The notes below the pieces were generated by a model. The model was given only the letters and a program-made list of their open reading frames with translations. It was not told where the DNA came from and searched no databases. A stretch of DNA of 64,000 bases from contig CBDASK010000003.1 in the NCBI GenBank assembly GCA_965199495.1, positions 2,080,001-2,144,000 on the forward strand, read 5' to 3'. Below are positions 19,643 through 29,845 of this stretch, one piece after another (the stretch's first letter is position 1; each line of letters opens with the position of its first letter). Made by a program: the position numbers and the translations under genes. Source of the stretch: Abditibacterium sp. (GTDB lineage: Bacteria > Armatimonadota > Abditibacteriia > Abditibacteriales > Abditibacteriaceae).

Positions 19643-20476
19643 ATGAATCCCGAAGAATACGAGCGAATGCACGCGCTGGAGACTGATTATTGGTGGTTCG
19701 TCGGGCGGCGCAATTTGGTGGCGCAGTTGCTCAAAGCCACGCTTCCCACCATCGAAACCGAGGCGCCGCAGTTGGTGGACATAGGTTGTGGAACGGGTGC
19801 TAATTTGCCGATGTTACGCGAAGCCGTCGGCCCCAAAGGTTCGGTTTTCGGCCTCGATTTTTCGCCTTTAGCGCTGCAATGGGCGCGCACCGAAGGCGGC
19901 ATTGAAAACGGACAAATTCATCTTTCGCAGGGCGACGCGTTGTCGCTGCCATTGCGCGACAACTGCGCCGACATTGTGACGATGTTAGACGTTTTGGAAC
20001 ACCTGAGCGACGACGGCACCGCGCTGCGCGAAGTGCGCCGCATTCTCAAACCGGGCGGCGCGCTAATTTTGTCGGTTCCGGCCTACCAACATTTGTGGAG
20101 CGCGCACGACGAGGCGTTGCACCATTTCCGGCGCTACGAGAAAGCCGGTCTGAATCGCGTTTTGAATCGCGCCGGTTTTCAGGTTTGGCGCCTCTCGTTC
20201 GCGATGTCGGCGATGCCGCCCGTGGCTTGGTTGTGGCGCCGCTTCGTTTTGCCATTCGCCGAACGTCGCCCGCGCGATGCCGCGCGCCATTCGCAGGGCG
20301 CGGTTTTGCCCGCCGTGCCGCCCGCCATCAACCAAATGTTGGTGCGCTATGTCGGCGCCGAAGGGAAAATTATTCCCAAACGCCCGCTGCGTTTCGGCAC
20401 TTCCCTCGTCACTATCGCGTTCGCGCCCAAACACGACCGGCGCAAGGGCGACCGGCGCAAAAGCGGCAACGATTAA
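19643..20476 (+). CDS. Class I SAM-dependent methyltransferase
   Basis: Motifs YWWF, VDIGCGTG, GDALSLP, DVLEH, LKPGG, WSAHD. Confidence 0.92.
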   Translation: MNPEEYERMHALETDYWWFVGRRNLVAQLLKATLPTIETEAPQLVDIGCGTGANLPMLREAVGPKGSVFGLDFSPLALQWARTEGGIENGQIHLSQGDALSLPLRDNCADIVTMLDVLEHLSDDGTALREVRRILKPGGALILSVPAYQHLWSAHDEALHHFRRYEKAGLNRVLNRAGFQVWRLSFAMSAMPPVAWLWRRFVLPFAERRPRDAARHSQGAVLPAVPPAINQMLVRYVGAEGKIIPKRPLRFGTSLVTIAFAPKHDRRKGDRRKSGND

Positions 20477-20503
20477 CGAAGCGAAAAATTATACTACGGG
20501 GCG

Positions 20504-21004
20504 ATGACACCTTTTCGCGTCGCCTTCATTTTCTGCAAAGCCTTATCGCTAAGCCTGTGGATTAACGCGGTTTTCGGATTGATTGGTTTGATCTTTACGC
20601 TGGTTTTCGCAGGATTGGGATTTCCGACGTTTGGTGTTTTTAGCGGCGTCAGTTGGTTCGCCGACGGGATTTTGGCGTTGATAATAGGAGCCACGGCGTC
20701 CAGCTTGAGCGCGAGTTTGGCCGGACAACCGACGCTCGAAGGCGAAGCAATCGCGGCGCGGCGCGCTCTGGCGCCCGAAGAACAAAATTTGGTGCGCGCC
20801 GGAACTGGATTACTCACGCTAACGTTTGGCCTTTCCGCCTGGATTTCTTATGCACCCGCGCTTTATTCGTATTGGACAATAAGCAAAACTGGCCCCAATT
20901 TCCTGCCATTGATGGCTGGTAATTTAACCTTAATTACCGTCAAAATCGCGCTCGGTTTTCTGCTTGCCTTTGGCGTCGTGTTGCGCCGCAATATCGCGCG
21001 CTGA
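20504..21004 (+). CDS. Hypothetical membrane protein (about 4 TM)
   Basis: Several hydrophobic helices; operonic position. Confidence 0.7.
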   Translation: MTPFRVAFIFCKALSLSLWINAVFGLIGLIFTLVFAGLGFPTFGVFSGVSWFADGILALIIGATASSLSASLAGQPTLEGEAIAARRALAPEEQNLVRAGTGLLTLTFGLSAWISYAPALYSYWTISKTGPNFLPLMAGNLTLITVKIALGFLLAFGVVLRRNIAR

Positions 21005-21011
21005 CAAAAAT

Positions 21012-21767
21012 ATGAACATCAACATTTCCAAAGATATTCCCTACAAATCCGGCGAACTTTCGGCGGGCGAACGCGCGCTGTGCAAACTCGATGTTTACGC
21101 GCCCGATGGCGCCGATAATTTGCCGGTTCTGGTGTTTTTTCACGGCGGCGGCCTGACCGAAGGCGACAAAGCCGATGAATGGATCGCGCCTTTAGCGGGC
21201 GCGGGTTTGGTCATCGCTTTGGCCAATTATCGGTTGTATCCCGACCATCAATTCCCAACTTTTGTCGAGGACGCGGCGGCGGCAGTCGCGTGGATGCGCA
21301 TTCATGCGCGCGATTATGGCGGCGGCGACTCGCTGTTTATCGGTGGCCATTCAGCGGGCGGCTATTTGGCGGCGTTGCTGGGAACCGACGCCACTTATTT
21401 GGCCGCGCACGACATGACTTTCCGCGACATCGCTGGAGTTATTGCGCTGAGTGGCCAGATGATCACGCATTTTTCGGTGCGCGCCGAGCGCGGCGCGCCC
21501 GAAACGACGATTCGCGTGGACGAAGCGGCGCCGCTTTATCATGTGAACGGTGAAACGCCGCCGTTTTTGTTGGGATTCGGCGAAAACGACATGGCGATGC
21601 GCCCCGAAGAGAATCGCCTGATGGCGGTGGCTCTACGCAACGCGGGCAACGCCGACGTGAAGTGCATCGAACTCGCGGGGCGCGATCACGATACGATTTC
21701 GCAAATGACGCGCGCCGACGATATTTTGCGCGGCGAAATTTTGGAGTGGATTGGCGCGCATTCCTAA
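21012..21767 (+). CDS. Alpha/beta hydrolase (HSL-like esterase)
   Basis: Motifs LDVY, FHGGG, NYRL, GHSAGG, C-terminal His. Confidence 0.92.
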   Translation: MNINISKDIPYKSGELSAGERALCKLDVYAPDGADNLPVLVFFHGGGLTEGDKADEWIAPLAGAGLVIALANYRLYPDHQFPTFVEDAAAAVAWMRIHARDYGGGDSLFIGGHSAGGYLAALLGTDATYLAAHDMTFRDIAGVIALSGQMITHFSVRAERGAPETTIRVDEAAPLYHVNGETPPFLLGFGENDMAMRPEENRLMAVALRNAGNADVKCIELAGRDHDTISQMTRADDILRGEILEWIGAHS

Positions 21768-21874
21768 TTTTAGATAGGATGAACAGAATATGACAGGATA
21801 AATTCAAAATAAAATGTTCGAGTATCAAAACTTTAAATACTCGAATCTATCCCGTCAAATCCTGTCTAAAATTA
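21765..21874. repeat. Nested imperfect inverted-repeat element (ACAGGAT-type)
   Basis: TAATTTTAGATAGGAT...GACAGGATA...TTCGAGTAT pairs with ATACTCGAA...TATCCCGTC...ATCCTGTCTAAAATTA. Confidence 0.7.
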
Positions 21875-21875
21875 C

Positions 21876-21911
21876 AAAAAAGCGGGCATTGAACTCAATG
21901 CCCGCTTTTTT
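21876..21911. terminator. Bidirectional intrinsic terminator
   Basis: AAAAAAGCGGGCATTGA-AC-TCAATGCCCGCTTTTTT between convergent genes. Confidence 0.88.
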
Positions 21912-21925
21912 AGTCTCCAGCGTTT

Positions 21926-22795
21926 TTAACAAGCGCTGAGGAACTGCGCGCCCGCGATGAAACCAGCTTTTTCGTTGGCTTCCGTGCCATCGAAGTTAGC
22001 GTCTTCCAACTCGATACAAATCGCGCCTTCATATTTGTTCTGGTTGAGAATGCGACAAATTTCGCTCCAATTCGACTGGCCTTGGCCGGGAATCGTGTAA
22101 CGCCACGCCGCCGAGCCGTGGCGCGGGCTTTTCTTGAAAGTGGCGGGTTGTTCCCAGCCGTATTCGTATAAATCCTCGGTCTTAATTTCGCAATCTTTGC
22201 CGTGAACGTGATGAACGCGCGCGACGAATTCGTTCAAGAAACGAATCGGATCGATGCCCATGCGCACCAGATGCGACGGATCGTAATTGATGCCCATGCT
22301 TTTTGACGGCACGGCCTCAAACAGCGCGCGGTAGCTTTCGGGCGTGCAACAGAGCGCGCCCGGCCCCGGCCAACCTTCGATGACGACCTGCGAATTGTGC
22401 GCTTCCAGAATCGGAGCCAGCGCGCTCATACCCTCGACGACATAGCCGAAATTTTCGGCGCGCGGCAGTTTCGGATCGGCGGGCAAAACCACCGCGAAAA
22501 AGTTGTGCGCGCCCGCATCGGCGGCGCGCGCGATGTATTCTCTATTTTTCTCGATGGCCTCGTCGCGCGCCGCTTTATCGGCGCCAAAAAGCGGCTGCCA
22601 CGCGCCCAGATCAATCGAGCCGACACGAAGTCCGGCGTCCTGAACTTTGGCGATGTCGTCGAGGTTGCGGCCCAAATCGAGCGCACCAAAACCGTTGTCG
22701 CGCGCCCAACTGGTGAGCGACGAAATATCTTTTTGCCAGTCGCTGCCTCCGCGACGAAAACCGATGGGGAAATTTCCCGTGCGTGTTGTAAACAT
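21926..22795 (-). CDS. Sugar phosphate isomerase/epimerase (xylose-isomerase-like TIM barrel)
   Basis: Motifs IEGWP, NYDPSH, HVHGKD, IPGQG, IELED. Confidence 0.88.
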   Translation of the reverse strand: MFTTRTGNFPIGFRRGGSDWQKDISSLTSWARDNGFGALDLGRNLDDIAKVQDAGLRVGSIDLGAWQPLFGADKAARDEAIEKNREYIARAADAGAHNFFAVVLPADPKLPRAENFGYVVEGMSALAPILEAHNSQVVIEGWPGPGALCCTPESYRALFEAVPSKSMGINYDPSHLVRMGIDPIRFLNEFVARVHHVHGKDCEIKTEDLYEYGWEQPATFKKSPRHGSAAWRYTIPGQGQSNWSEICRILNQNKYEGAICIELEDANFDGTEANEKAGFIAGAQFLSAC

Positions 22796-22807
22796 GAACC
22801 CTTTTGT

Positions 22808-23608
22808 TTACCGTAAATCGCCCCTTTCGCGCCGCACTAAATCGCGCACTTTCCCCGCTAATTCTTGTAAATCATGCGCGCGCGTGCCCAACATCGAAAC
22901 CATTAAACCGCCACTTTCCAGCGCGCTGGCGCCCGCGTAAACCAAAGTTTGACTTTCTATTGTTTCCCAAATCGTCTCGATTAAGTTTTCGTTTAGCGTT
23001 GGCCCAAACGCCCAAAAATTGCCGGAATGCGTGCAATTATCCCATGCGCCCAATTGTCTCGGCTCGAAGTTTTGCGGCGCCAAATCGAGCGACGAAGCGA
23101 AAACCGGCGCGCCCGCGCGCGCGATATTCCAGCGACTTCGATAGCGCGCAAAATCCCATTTCTCGCCGCGCCCGATGCGGCCCGCGCACCAAATATCACT
23201 CGCCAAAAACGTCGCTGTCGGCGCTAAATCAACCGTCGTTTGCGCGTTTAAATCGGCGTCGGCGTAAAGCATCAAAGGTTCGGGAAACCATTCCAGACGC
23301 GCGTGTTCGCCGATATTTAAACGCGTTTGCAATGCACACGGATTGTCGCGCGATGGATGAACGCGCGTGAAACCCTGCGTCGTGACTTCGACGCGCGCAT
23401 CGGCGCCCAAATTGAAATCGAATTGGTAACAATCGCCCGCCAACATTCCGGGCGACGCGTCCATAAGACACACGCCCAACGCGCCATGTTCCAGCGCGAA
23501 CGTGCGCGCGATTTTGAGCGGCGCGCTTTGCACCAAACGCGCGGCGCGCGTGCGCCCGTCGCGCGCTTCAAAAACCGCCGTAATGCCCGCGTTATTTACA
23601 AAGTTCAC
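22808..23608 (-). CDS. ureD: Urease accessory protein UreD/UreH
   Basis: 'SPGMLAGD', 'TTQGFTRV', 'LEWFPEP', 'GRIGRGE'; GTGA overlap with ureG. Confidence 0.9.
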   Translation of the reverse strand: MNFVNNAGITAVFEARDGRTRAARLVQSAPLKIARTFALEHGALGVCLMDASPGMLAGDCYQFDFNLGADARVEVTTQGFTRVHPSRDNPCALQTRLNIGEHARLEWFPEPLMLYADADLNAQTTVDLAPTATFLASDIWCAGRIGRGEKWDFARYRSRWNIARAGAPVFASSLDLAPQNFEPRQLGAWDNCTHSGNFWAFGPTLNENLIETIWETIESQTLVYAGASALESGGLMVSMLGTRAHDLQELAGKVRDLVRRERGDLR

Positions 23609-24297
23609 GACGCCGTGGCTGCATCGAGCGTCCCGATGTTTTCGTCGTGCAACGCGTGTTCGAGCCAGTGCGCGATTTCGCCGACGCCATCGCCGGTTTT
23701 CATGTTGGTTAGCAAAAACGGTTTGTCGCCGCGCATCTTGCGCGAATCGTCGCTCATCACCTGCAAACTGGCGCCGACATAGGGCGCCAGATCGGTTTTG
23801 TTGATAATCAGCAAATCCGATTGGCGAATGCCCGGCCCGCCTTTACGCGGGATTTTTTCGCCCTGCGCCACGTCAATAATATAGATGAAAACGTCGGCCA
23901 ATTCGGGCGAAAACGCCGCCGCCAAGTTGTCGCCGCCGCTTTCGATGAAGACGATTTGCAAATCGGGAAATTTCTCGTTGAGTTCGTCCAAAGCCTCGAA
24001 ATTCATCGAAGCGTCTTCACGAATCGCGGTGTGCGGGCAACCGCCGGTTTCGACGCCGACAATGCGCTCGGCGGGCAAAGCGTCGGCGCGCATCAAAATC
24101 AGCGCATCTTCGCGCGTAAAAATATCGTTGGTAATGGCCGCCAGTGAATATTGGTCGCGCATGGTTTTACAAAGCTGCTCGACCAAAGCGGTCTTGCCCG
24201 ACCCAACCGGGCCGCCGATGCCCACGCGAAGCGGGCCGTCATGAGTGCGCGCGGCGGGACGCTCCCAGCCGCCGTGTCCTTCGGTTCCGATGTGCAT
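23605..24297 (-). CDS. ureG: Urease accessory GTPase UreG
   Basis: Motifs [33 protein letters not shown]. Confidence 0.98.
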   Translation of the reverse strand: MHIGTEGHGGWERPAARTHDGPLRVGIGGPVGSGKTALVEQLCKTMRDQYSLAAITNDIFTREDALILMRADALPAERIVGVETGGCPHTAIREDASMNFEALDELNEKFPDLQIVFIESGGDNLAAAFSPELADVFIYIIDVAQGEKIPRKGGPGIRQSDLLIINKTDLAPYVGASLQVMSDDSRKMRGDKPFLLTNMKTGDGVGEIAHWLEHALHDENIGTLDAATAS

Positions 24298-24307
24298 GAT
24301 TTTTTAG

Positions 24308-24426
24308 AGTGACAAGTGGCAAGGGACAAGTGGCAAGGGACAAGTGACAAGAGCAGAAATTCGCAGTTTTTACCTTTCCGTTCGTTTGCGAACCTTGCCA
24401 CTTGCTCCTTGTCACTTGTCCCTGCC
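24308..24426. repeat. Inverted pair of 7-bp tandem arrays (GACAAGT/GGCAAGG type) between ureF and ureG
   Basis: GACAAGT GGCAAGG GACAAGT GGCAAGG GACAAGT GACAAGA ... CCTTGCC ACTTGCT CCTTGTC ACTTGTC. Confidence 0.85.
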
Positions 24427-24427
24427 G

Positions 24428-25123
24428 TTAAGACATAAACAAGCGCGAATACAAACGCGCGTGGCGCATTTGCGCGATTTCGAGTTGCGGCGCGTTGGCG
24501 GCCCAATCGCCCGGCGACTTGCCTTTGTTTTGCAGCCACGCTGCCTCGATTTGCGGCAGCAGTTCGCCGATGATTTGCTGACCTTGAGTTTGGCCGATTC
24601 GCATCGCCCGCGTGGCGTTGTTCACGCAACTGCTGAGATTGGCGAACAAAAAACCCGTCGCGGCTTCATCCAAACGGACGTTTAACTCGCGGCAAACCCA
24701 ACCGTAAATCGTCGGATAGGCGCCGACGCACTCGCCGCTCGTAACAGCCACGGCGAGCGGCTCGAAGTCCATGTTTGGATAAAGTGCGCGCGCCAACTGC
24801 AACAAACGCTTGCCGATTTTGCGCTGTCCATCGCGCGCCTCAAACGCCGCGCGCGCGGCGTGTAATTCGCGGTCTAAACGCCAAATTTGCGCGCTTTCCA
24901 GTTCGTAATTCGCTTTAACCAGCATCGCATCGCACGGCGCCCACACGCCAAAAAGCGCGGTTTCGCAAAACGCGCGCAAATCGTCGGCGCCCGCGATTTT
25001 TTCTTCTTGAACCAAAGTTTCCAGTCCGAAAGAATGAGAAAACGCGCCGATGGGCAATGCGCTGTCGAGCAGTTGCAAATGTTGAAGCCGCATGAAAATG
25101 AACTCGAACCGAGGTTGCGTCAT
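24428..25123 (-). CDS. ureF: Urease accessory protein UreF
   Basis: Motifs QLLDSALPIGAFSHSFGLE, IGQTQGQ, C-terminal 'HARLYSRLFMS'. Confidence 0.96.
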   Translation of the reverse strand: MTQPRFEFIFMRLQHLQLLDSALPIGAFSHSFGLETLVQEEKIAGADDLRAFCETALFGVWAPCDAMLVKANYELESAQIWRLDRELHAARAAFEARDGQRKIGKRLLQLARALYPNMDFEPLAVAVTSGECVGAYPTIYGWVCRELNVRLDEAATGFLFANLSSCVNNATRAMRIGQTQGQQIIGELLPQIEAAWLQNKGKSPGDWAANAPQLEIAQMRHARLYSRLFMS

Positions 25124-25339
25124 TTCATTTTGCGCGGTTCGCGCGCTTTTGCAAAGAGCGAAATTCGGAGCTTACGCGACGAAATTAACGAATTTAACGC
25201 AGGTGAAACAAGGCGGAAATAATTGAGGCCAAAGATAATGCGGCAAACGCGAGCGAACAAAAGCGAAAATTACATAAATATTATTTTTCGGGAACAATTG
25301 TTTTGGCTTCGGCATTGGGAACACTGGAACTTCTCCAAA

Positions 25340-25999
25340 ATGAAACCATCTCTTTCGTCGTCAAAATTGACGCACCATCTGTTGTTCGCCGTGGCTGCAA
25401 CGGCCCTCGTCGCCGGATGCAACGTCGCGCCCGCCCAAGATGCCACGCCCGACGCGATGGCCCCCGACACAATGGCGGCGGATGCTCCTGCTCAAGCGCC
25501 CGCAACGCCCGCAGTCGGCGATATGGCGCCCGATTTCGAGTTGACATCGCTGAGCGGCGACCAAGTCAAACTTTCCGACACGCTCGCTAAAGGCCCGGTT
25601 GTGTTGGTGATGTTGCGCGGTTATCCGGGCTATCAGTGCCCGTTTTGCACCGCGCAAGTCGGCGGTATGATCAACAAAGCCAAAGCGTTGGCCGACAAGG
25701 GCGCCAACGTTTTGCTGGTGTATCCCGGCCCCGCCAACGGCCTGAAAGATCACGCTTCCGAGTTCGTGCAGGGCAAAGACATTCCCGCCAATTTCGATTT
25801 GCTGCTCGACCCCGATTATACGTTCACCAATCTCTATAATTTGCGTTGGGAAGCCAAAAATGAGACTTCTTATCCTTCGACTTTTGTATTGGATGAAGAT
25901 GGCAAAGTCTTGTTCGCCAAAGTCAGCTACGAGCATGGCGACCGCGCCAAAATGGCCGATGTTTTGGCGGCGTTGCCCGCAAAGACCGAAACCGAATAA
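25340..25999 (+). CDS. Peroxiredoxin-like (AhpC/TSA) redoxin lipoprotein
   Basis: Lipobox LVAGC; VGDMAPDFEL, CPFC, PSTFVLD; ATG at 25340. Confidence 0.85.
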   Translation: MKPSLSSSKLTHHLLFAVAATALVAGCNVAPAQDATPDAMAPDTMAADAPAQAPATPAVGDMAPDFELTSLSGDQVKLSDTLAKGPVVLVMLRGYPGYQCPFCTAQVGGMINKAKALADKGANVLLVYPGPANGLKDHASEFVQGKDIPANFDLLLDPDYTFTNLYNLRWEAKNETSYPSTFVLDEDGKVLFAKVSYEHGDRAKMADVLAALPAKTETE

Positions 26000-26019
26000 G
26001 TTTTTAACCAATCACAACC

Positions 26020-26062
26020 AAAACGGCTCGCGCTTGAATTGTTCAAGCACGAGCCGTTTTTT
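26020..26062. terminator. Bidirectional intrinsic terminator
   Basis: AAAACGGCTCGCGCTTGAA...TTCAAGCACGAGCCGTTTTTT. Confidence 0.8.
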
Positions 26063-26077
26063 ATGCGACCGATACCA

Positions 26078-27166
26078 TCAATCCAAGGCTTCGCGCGTTG
26101 GCGGTTTCGCATCGCGCGGGCTTTGCTGAATCAGGCGTTTGGCTTCGGCGGAAAGCGCTTCGGGGCCGATGGCTTCGGGCGGCTTTCTCATCAACGGAAC
26201 CGCGCCGAAGTAAGGCGCGCTGCCATCAACGGTTTGAATTGTCGCCTTGAAGAAATAGGCGGGCTGAATGTAGCCGCCATCGCCATCGTAGTAGTTGATC
26301 GAAACGTCGTTGAGGCTGATTTTGGCGTCTTTGCCCCACTCGCTGCTCAGCAAACGACTGATTTCGGCTTGCGCCTCGCGCTGACTTTTGACATCGTTCG
26401 CAGCGATGGGCTGAGCCTTGCCGACCTCGCGCCACTTGCGATCTAAGCCGATGACTTCGCCTTTATCGCCGATATGCACCACGATTTTGGAGCCGGTGCC
26501 CAGCACTTTTTGCCCATCCAACAGGCGCCCATAAGTCAGCGTGCGCGATTTGTCTATAACCGGGCCGCCTTTGCCGCTATTGGCTTCCGTCATGCGCATA
26601 CCGCCCGTGTGAATCAGGCGCAAATCGGAGGGATTCGCGGGCATCAGACCGGTTTCTTTGAGATAGGACATCGCCAAGTCCTGAGCTTTTCGAGGATCGG
26701 GCAAGTCGGGTTTTGCCTCGCCGAAATATTTGGCCATGCTGCCCGTATAGCTGAGGTTGCCCGTTTTGCGGTCTTGCATAAAGAACGCCGACGGGTCTTT
26801 GGGATCGGCAAAAGTCAGTTCCTCTGCGCCCTCGCCCATTTTGCCCTGCATACCGCCGGGCAACGTGCGCTGGATAATCCGTTGAAAATCGTCGCCATTG
26901 ACGCGCGGCGTTTCAAGGGCGTAGAAGTTCCACTTGGGCCGCCGAATTTGTGGCCCGCCCGGTTTGATTAAGATCGGTTTATCGCCTGCGGGTAACTGTA
27001 AAATCGTCGGATTTTGCAGGGCCGGGCGCCCGGTGGCTGGTTTGTCCACGACGGGTTTGCGCCCCTGAGCCAGCACTGTCCACGCGCCCGAAAGCGCGAC
27101 CAAAGTTAGCGCGGCGGCCATGTGCGGGCGCCGAATTTTCTTGATGATTCCGAAAATATTGTTCAT
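26078..27166 (-). CDS. Secreted hypothetical protein, PepSY/YcdB-propeptide-like; partner of the DUF6345-like gene
   Basis: SD AGGAGG; signal peptide; 'AQDLAMSYL...TYGRLLDGQKVLGTGSKIVVHIGDKGEVI...IQPAYFF'. Confidence 0.7.
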   Translation of the reverse strand: MNNIFGIIKKIRRPHMAAALTLVALSGAWTVLAQGRKPVVDKPATGRPALQNPTILQLPAGDKPILIKPGGPQIRRPKWNFYALETPRVNGDDFQRIIQRTLPGGMQGKMGEGAEELTFADPKDPSAFFMQDRKTGNLSYTGSMAKYFGEAKPDLPDPRKAQDLAMSYLKETGLMPANPSDLRLIHTGGMRMTEANSGKGGPVIDKSRTLTYGRLLDGQKVLGTGSKIVVHIGDKGEVIGLDRKWREVGKAQPIAANDVKSQREAQAEISRLLSSEWGKDAKISLNDVSINYYDGDGGYIQPAYFFKATIQTVDGSAPYFGAVPLMRKPPEAIGPEALSAEAKRLIQQSPRDAKPPTREALD

Positions 27167-27184
27167 GGTTGACCTCCTGTCTTA

Positions 27185-27970
27185 TTAATACTGCCAGTAA
27201 GTGCGGAGCGAATTGTGGTTGGCGGGTGGGTCGTTGCCGTAACTGCCCAGCGAATCGTTATCGAGGCCCGGATAAAGCACGACGCTGGCAAAGCCGGGAT
27301 AGGGCAAATCGTCGCCGTCCCATACGCGCTCGCTGTTGACGGCGGCAAACCACGCGGGCCACATCGCCTGAGAACCGCGCAGACGTTTGCCGAAATCGTT
27401 GGGAATGCCGTTGTCCGACCAACTCAAAGTGCGATAGCCCAACGCCTGATGCAAACCCTGAAAAATATGTTTGCCCCCGGCATCGCGCAGCCACGGGCTA
27501 TACCAATCGGTCAGTTCGGGCGCCGAGGGCACAACCGAACAACTCTCGAAGATGATGAACTCCAAATCGCCGCCTTTGGCGAGGTCGCCATAACCGGTGG
27601 CATCGCGGAAATCGACATCGGCGGTTTTGTTGTGACAGGCCATTCTAAAGTTGGCGCCGTGCCCCGAAAAGAACGCTAAATCCTGCGAGTCCACGTAAGA
27701 GCTTTTGTTGCCCAAAAAGACGTAGGGTTCGGCCCAGTAATATTGGTCATACTTCCACTTGTGGGCGCCCACGCTTTGCGGACTCTTGAAATTCTTGATG
27801 AAGTTCCACACGTTGCGCTGAAAGCGCGGCTCGGCCTGCGCGACATATCCGCCAATCTGGCGATCATCCGCGTTAGCGGGCGTCGCTGGCGCCAACAAAG
27901 TGCCGCACAAAAAGAGCGCACTTCCCATCGCGCCCACGACTTTTCGCTTGCTTTGGCTAATTTTGAACAT
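27185..27970 (-). CDS. Secreted DUF6345-like protein, putative His/Cys (clan CD-like) peptidase
   Basis: SD GGAGG before ATG at 27970; signal peptide; 'DLAFFSGHG', 'GDLEFIIFESCSV', 'FQGLHQALGY'. Confidence 0.7.
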   Translation of the reverse strand: MFKISQSKRKVVGAMGSALFLCGTLLAPATPANADDRQIGGYVAQAEPRFQRNVWNFIKNFKSPQSVGAHKWKYDQYYWAEPYVFLGNKSSYVDSQDLAFFSGHGANFRMACHNKTADVDFRDATGYGDLAKGGDLEFIIFESCSVVPSAPELTDWYSPWLRDAGGKHIFQGLHQALGYRTLSWSDNGIPNDFGKRLRGSQAMWPAWFAAVNSERVWDGDDLPYPGFASVVLYPGLDNDSLGSYGNDPPANHNSLRTYWQY

Positions 27971-28244
27971 ACGGTTTACCTCCGGTGTATTGACTTCATT
28001 CACACATTTTATACTATTAGATATAAAATATGTGAATAATCTCAGAAAATTGCAAATATTATTCCTTAAAATATATCTTTATATTTGACAATGTCGTTTA
28101 TCCATTGTATTTGAATGCGTTGGGAATAGGGATTGAAACACGACAATTAGAGTTGTCAACATTTAAGTTTCGCGGGCTTGCGAACTCGCGCTGGCGCAGA
28201 ATCCGCTTGAACCACGATTAATCCCAAATAGTGGAAATAAAATC

Positions 28245-29255
28245 ATGGAACAAAACCAACAAATTCATCTCGTCAGCCGCCCGCAGGGCACGCCGACGCC
28301 CGACAATTTCAAGATCGTGGACGCAACGACGACCCAACCCACAGACGGCGAAGTCTTGGTGCGCGCGCTTTATCTCTCGGTTGACCCGTATATGCGGGGC
28401 CGCATGAGCGACCGTAAATCGTATGTCCCGCCATTCCAACTCAACGAAACGATGGGCGGCGCCGTCGTCGGTCAAGTCGTCGAATCGAAGTTCGACGGCC
28501 TACAAAAAGGCGACATCGTGATGGGCCATCTGCTGTGGCAAAAGTTCGCCGTCGCGCCCGGCAAGGAACTATTAAAAGTTGACCCGAATCGCGCGCCGAT
28601 TTCGACCGCGTTGGGCGTTTTGGGCATGACTGGTTTGACGGCCTATTTTGGATTGTTAAAAGTCGCCGCGCCGAAAGAGGGCGAAACCGTCGTCGTTTCG
28701 GGCGCGGCGGGCGCGGTTGGCAGCGTCGTCGGGCAAATCGCGAAAATCAAAGGTTGCCGCATCGTCGGCATCGCGGGCGAAGACGAAAAATGCGCTTATC
28801 TGCGCGACGAATTGGGTTTCGACGCGACGATTAATTACAAGACCGACGACGTGGCTGCATCGCTGGCCAAAGCCTGTCCCGATGGCGTTGATGTATATTT
28901 CGACAACGTCGGCGGCGAAATCTCGGATGCGGTTTTGCGTCTCATCAATCACGGCGCGCGCATTTCGGTGTGCGGCCAAATCTCGATGTATAATATGGAA
29001 AAGCCCGACGAAGGCCCGCGCCCGCAACCGCTTTTGCTGACCAACAGCGCGAAGATGCAAGGCTTCATCGTCGGCGATTTTAGCGCCGATTTTGCCGAAG
29101 GACGCGAACAATTGACGCAGTGGTTTAGCGCGGGCAAATTGAAATATGCCGAAAATATCGTCGAAGGTTTCGAGAACACTCCCGATGCGTTTTTGGGTTT
29201 GTTCGAGGGCGAAAATACCGGCAAACAGTTGGTCAAAGTCGGCGAAATGGAGTAG
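28245..29255 (+). CDS. NADP-dependent oxidoreductase (CurA/YncB, PTGR-like MDR family)
   Basis: Motifs LSVDPYMRGRM, LGMTGLTAY, SGAAGAVGS, YFDNVGG, GENTGK. Confidence 0.93.
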   Translation: MEQNQQIHLVSRPQGTPTPDNFKIVDATTTQPTDGEVLVRALYLSVDPYMRGRMSDRKSYVPPFQLNETMGGAVVGQVVESKFDGLQKGDIVMGHLLWQKFAVAPGKELLKVDPNRAPISTALGVLGMTGLTAYFGLLKVAAPKEGETVVVSGAAGAVGSVVGQIAKIKGCRIVGIAGEDEKCAYLRDELGFDATINYKTDDVAASLAKACPDGVDVYFDNVGGEISDAVLRLINHGARISVCGQISMYNMEKPDEGPRPQPLLLTNSAKMQGFIVGDFSADFAEGREQLTQWFSAGKLKYAENIVEGFENTPDAFLGLFEGENTGKQLVKVGEME

Positions 29256-29268
29256 AAACTATTTGATG

Positions 29269-29308
29269 AAAAAGCGCCCCGCAATTTTATGTTGTGGGGC
29301 GCTTTTTA
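29269..29308. terminator. Bidirectional intrinsic terminator
   Basis: AAAAAGCGCCCCGCAA...TTGTGGGGCGCTTTTT. Confidence 0.85.
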
Positions 29309-29334
29309 TGTTTACAATAATAATTGCGGAGTGA

Positions 29335-29811
29335 CTAATTTGGACTATCGCGACGATATTGTTCTTCGCTGACCTCGTCATCCTCCAACGAACGGAGCGC
29401 CACCCAGTAAATTTCCATAAGTTTCAAACGCACTTCGGTATTGTTTCTCTTTTCGCCTTTGACATCTGTGTGCGCACGATTGCCTTCTGGAGTTTCGGGG
29501 CAGCACTGAATCGGCGTGTGTTCCACTCTTTGAAGTGGCACACGACGCGTTGGCCCAACCCTCAATCCCACAATGATGTTATCCGCAGGAACTTTGGCTT
29601 TCTGCAATGATTGATGAGCCGTCGAGTAGCGGTTCCAATCCGTGGACATTCCATCGTTGGGAGATAAGGGCTGACCTTCAGGAGGGCGGTTTCTAAAAGC
29701 TGCGGCCTTAGGTTTCCCGTTCTCCTGAAAACCTTTGTGAACACGATAATAAAGAACGGCATCGTCTGGTATTCCCTCTACTGGCCAATCTGCATCGCTT
29801 GATGATGACAT
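29335..29811 (-). CDS. Hypothetical protein, ADP-ribosyltransferase (RES/Tse2-like) fold candidate
   Basis: Motif order LYYRV...AF...GMSTDW...V.HTP...NRAH; third gene of the low-GC cassette. Confidence 0.6.
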   Translation of the reverse strand: MSSSSDADWPVEGIPDDAVLYYRVHKGFQENGKPKAAAFRNRPPEGQPLSPNDGMSTDWNRYSTAHQSLQKAKVPADNIIVGLRVGPTRRVPLQRVEHTPIQCCPETPEGNRAHTDVKGEKRNNTEVRLKLMEIYWVALRSLEDDEVSEEQYRRDSPN

Positions 29812-29845
29812 AATGTTTTCGGATAGTGGCTCAACTCAACATAAA

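Noticed and set aside
24308..24426. Repeat arrays considered as a CRISPR
   Set aside because: Units are 7-bp tandem repeats without unique spacers, and no cas gene is present. No CRISPR array was seen anywhere in the window.
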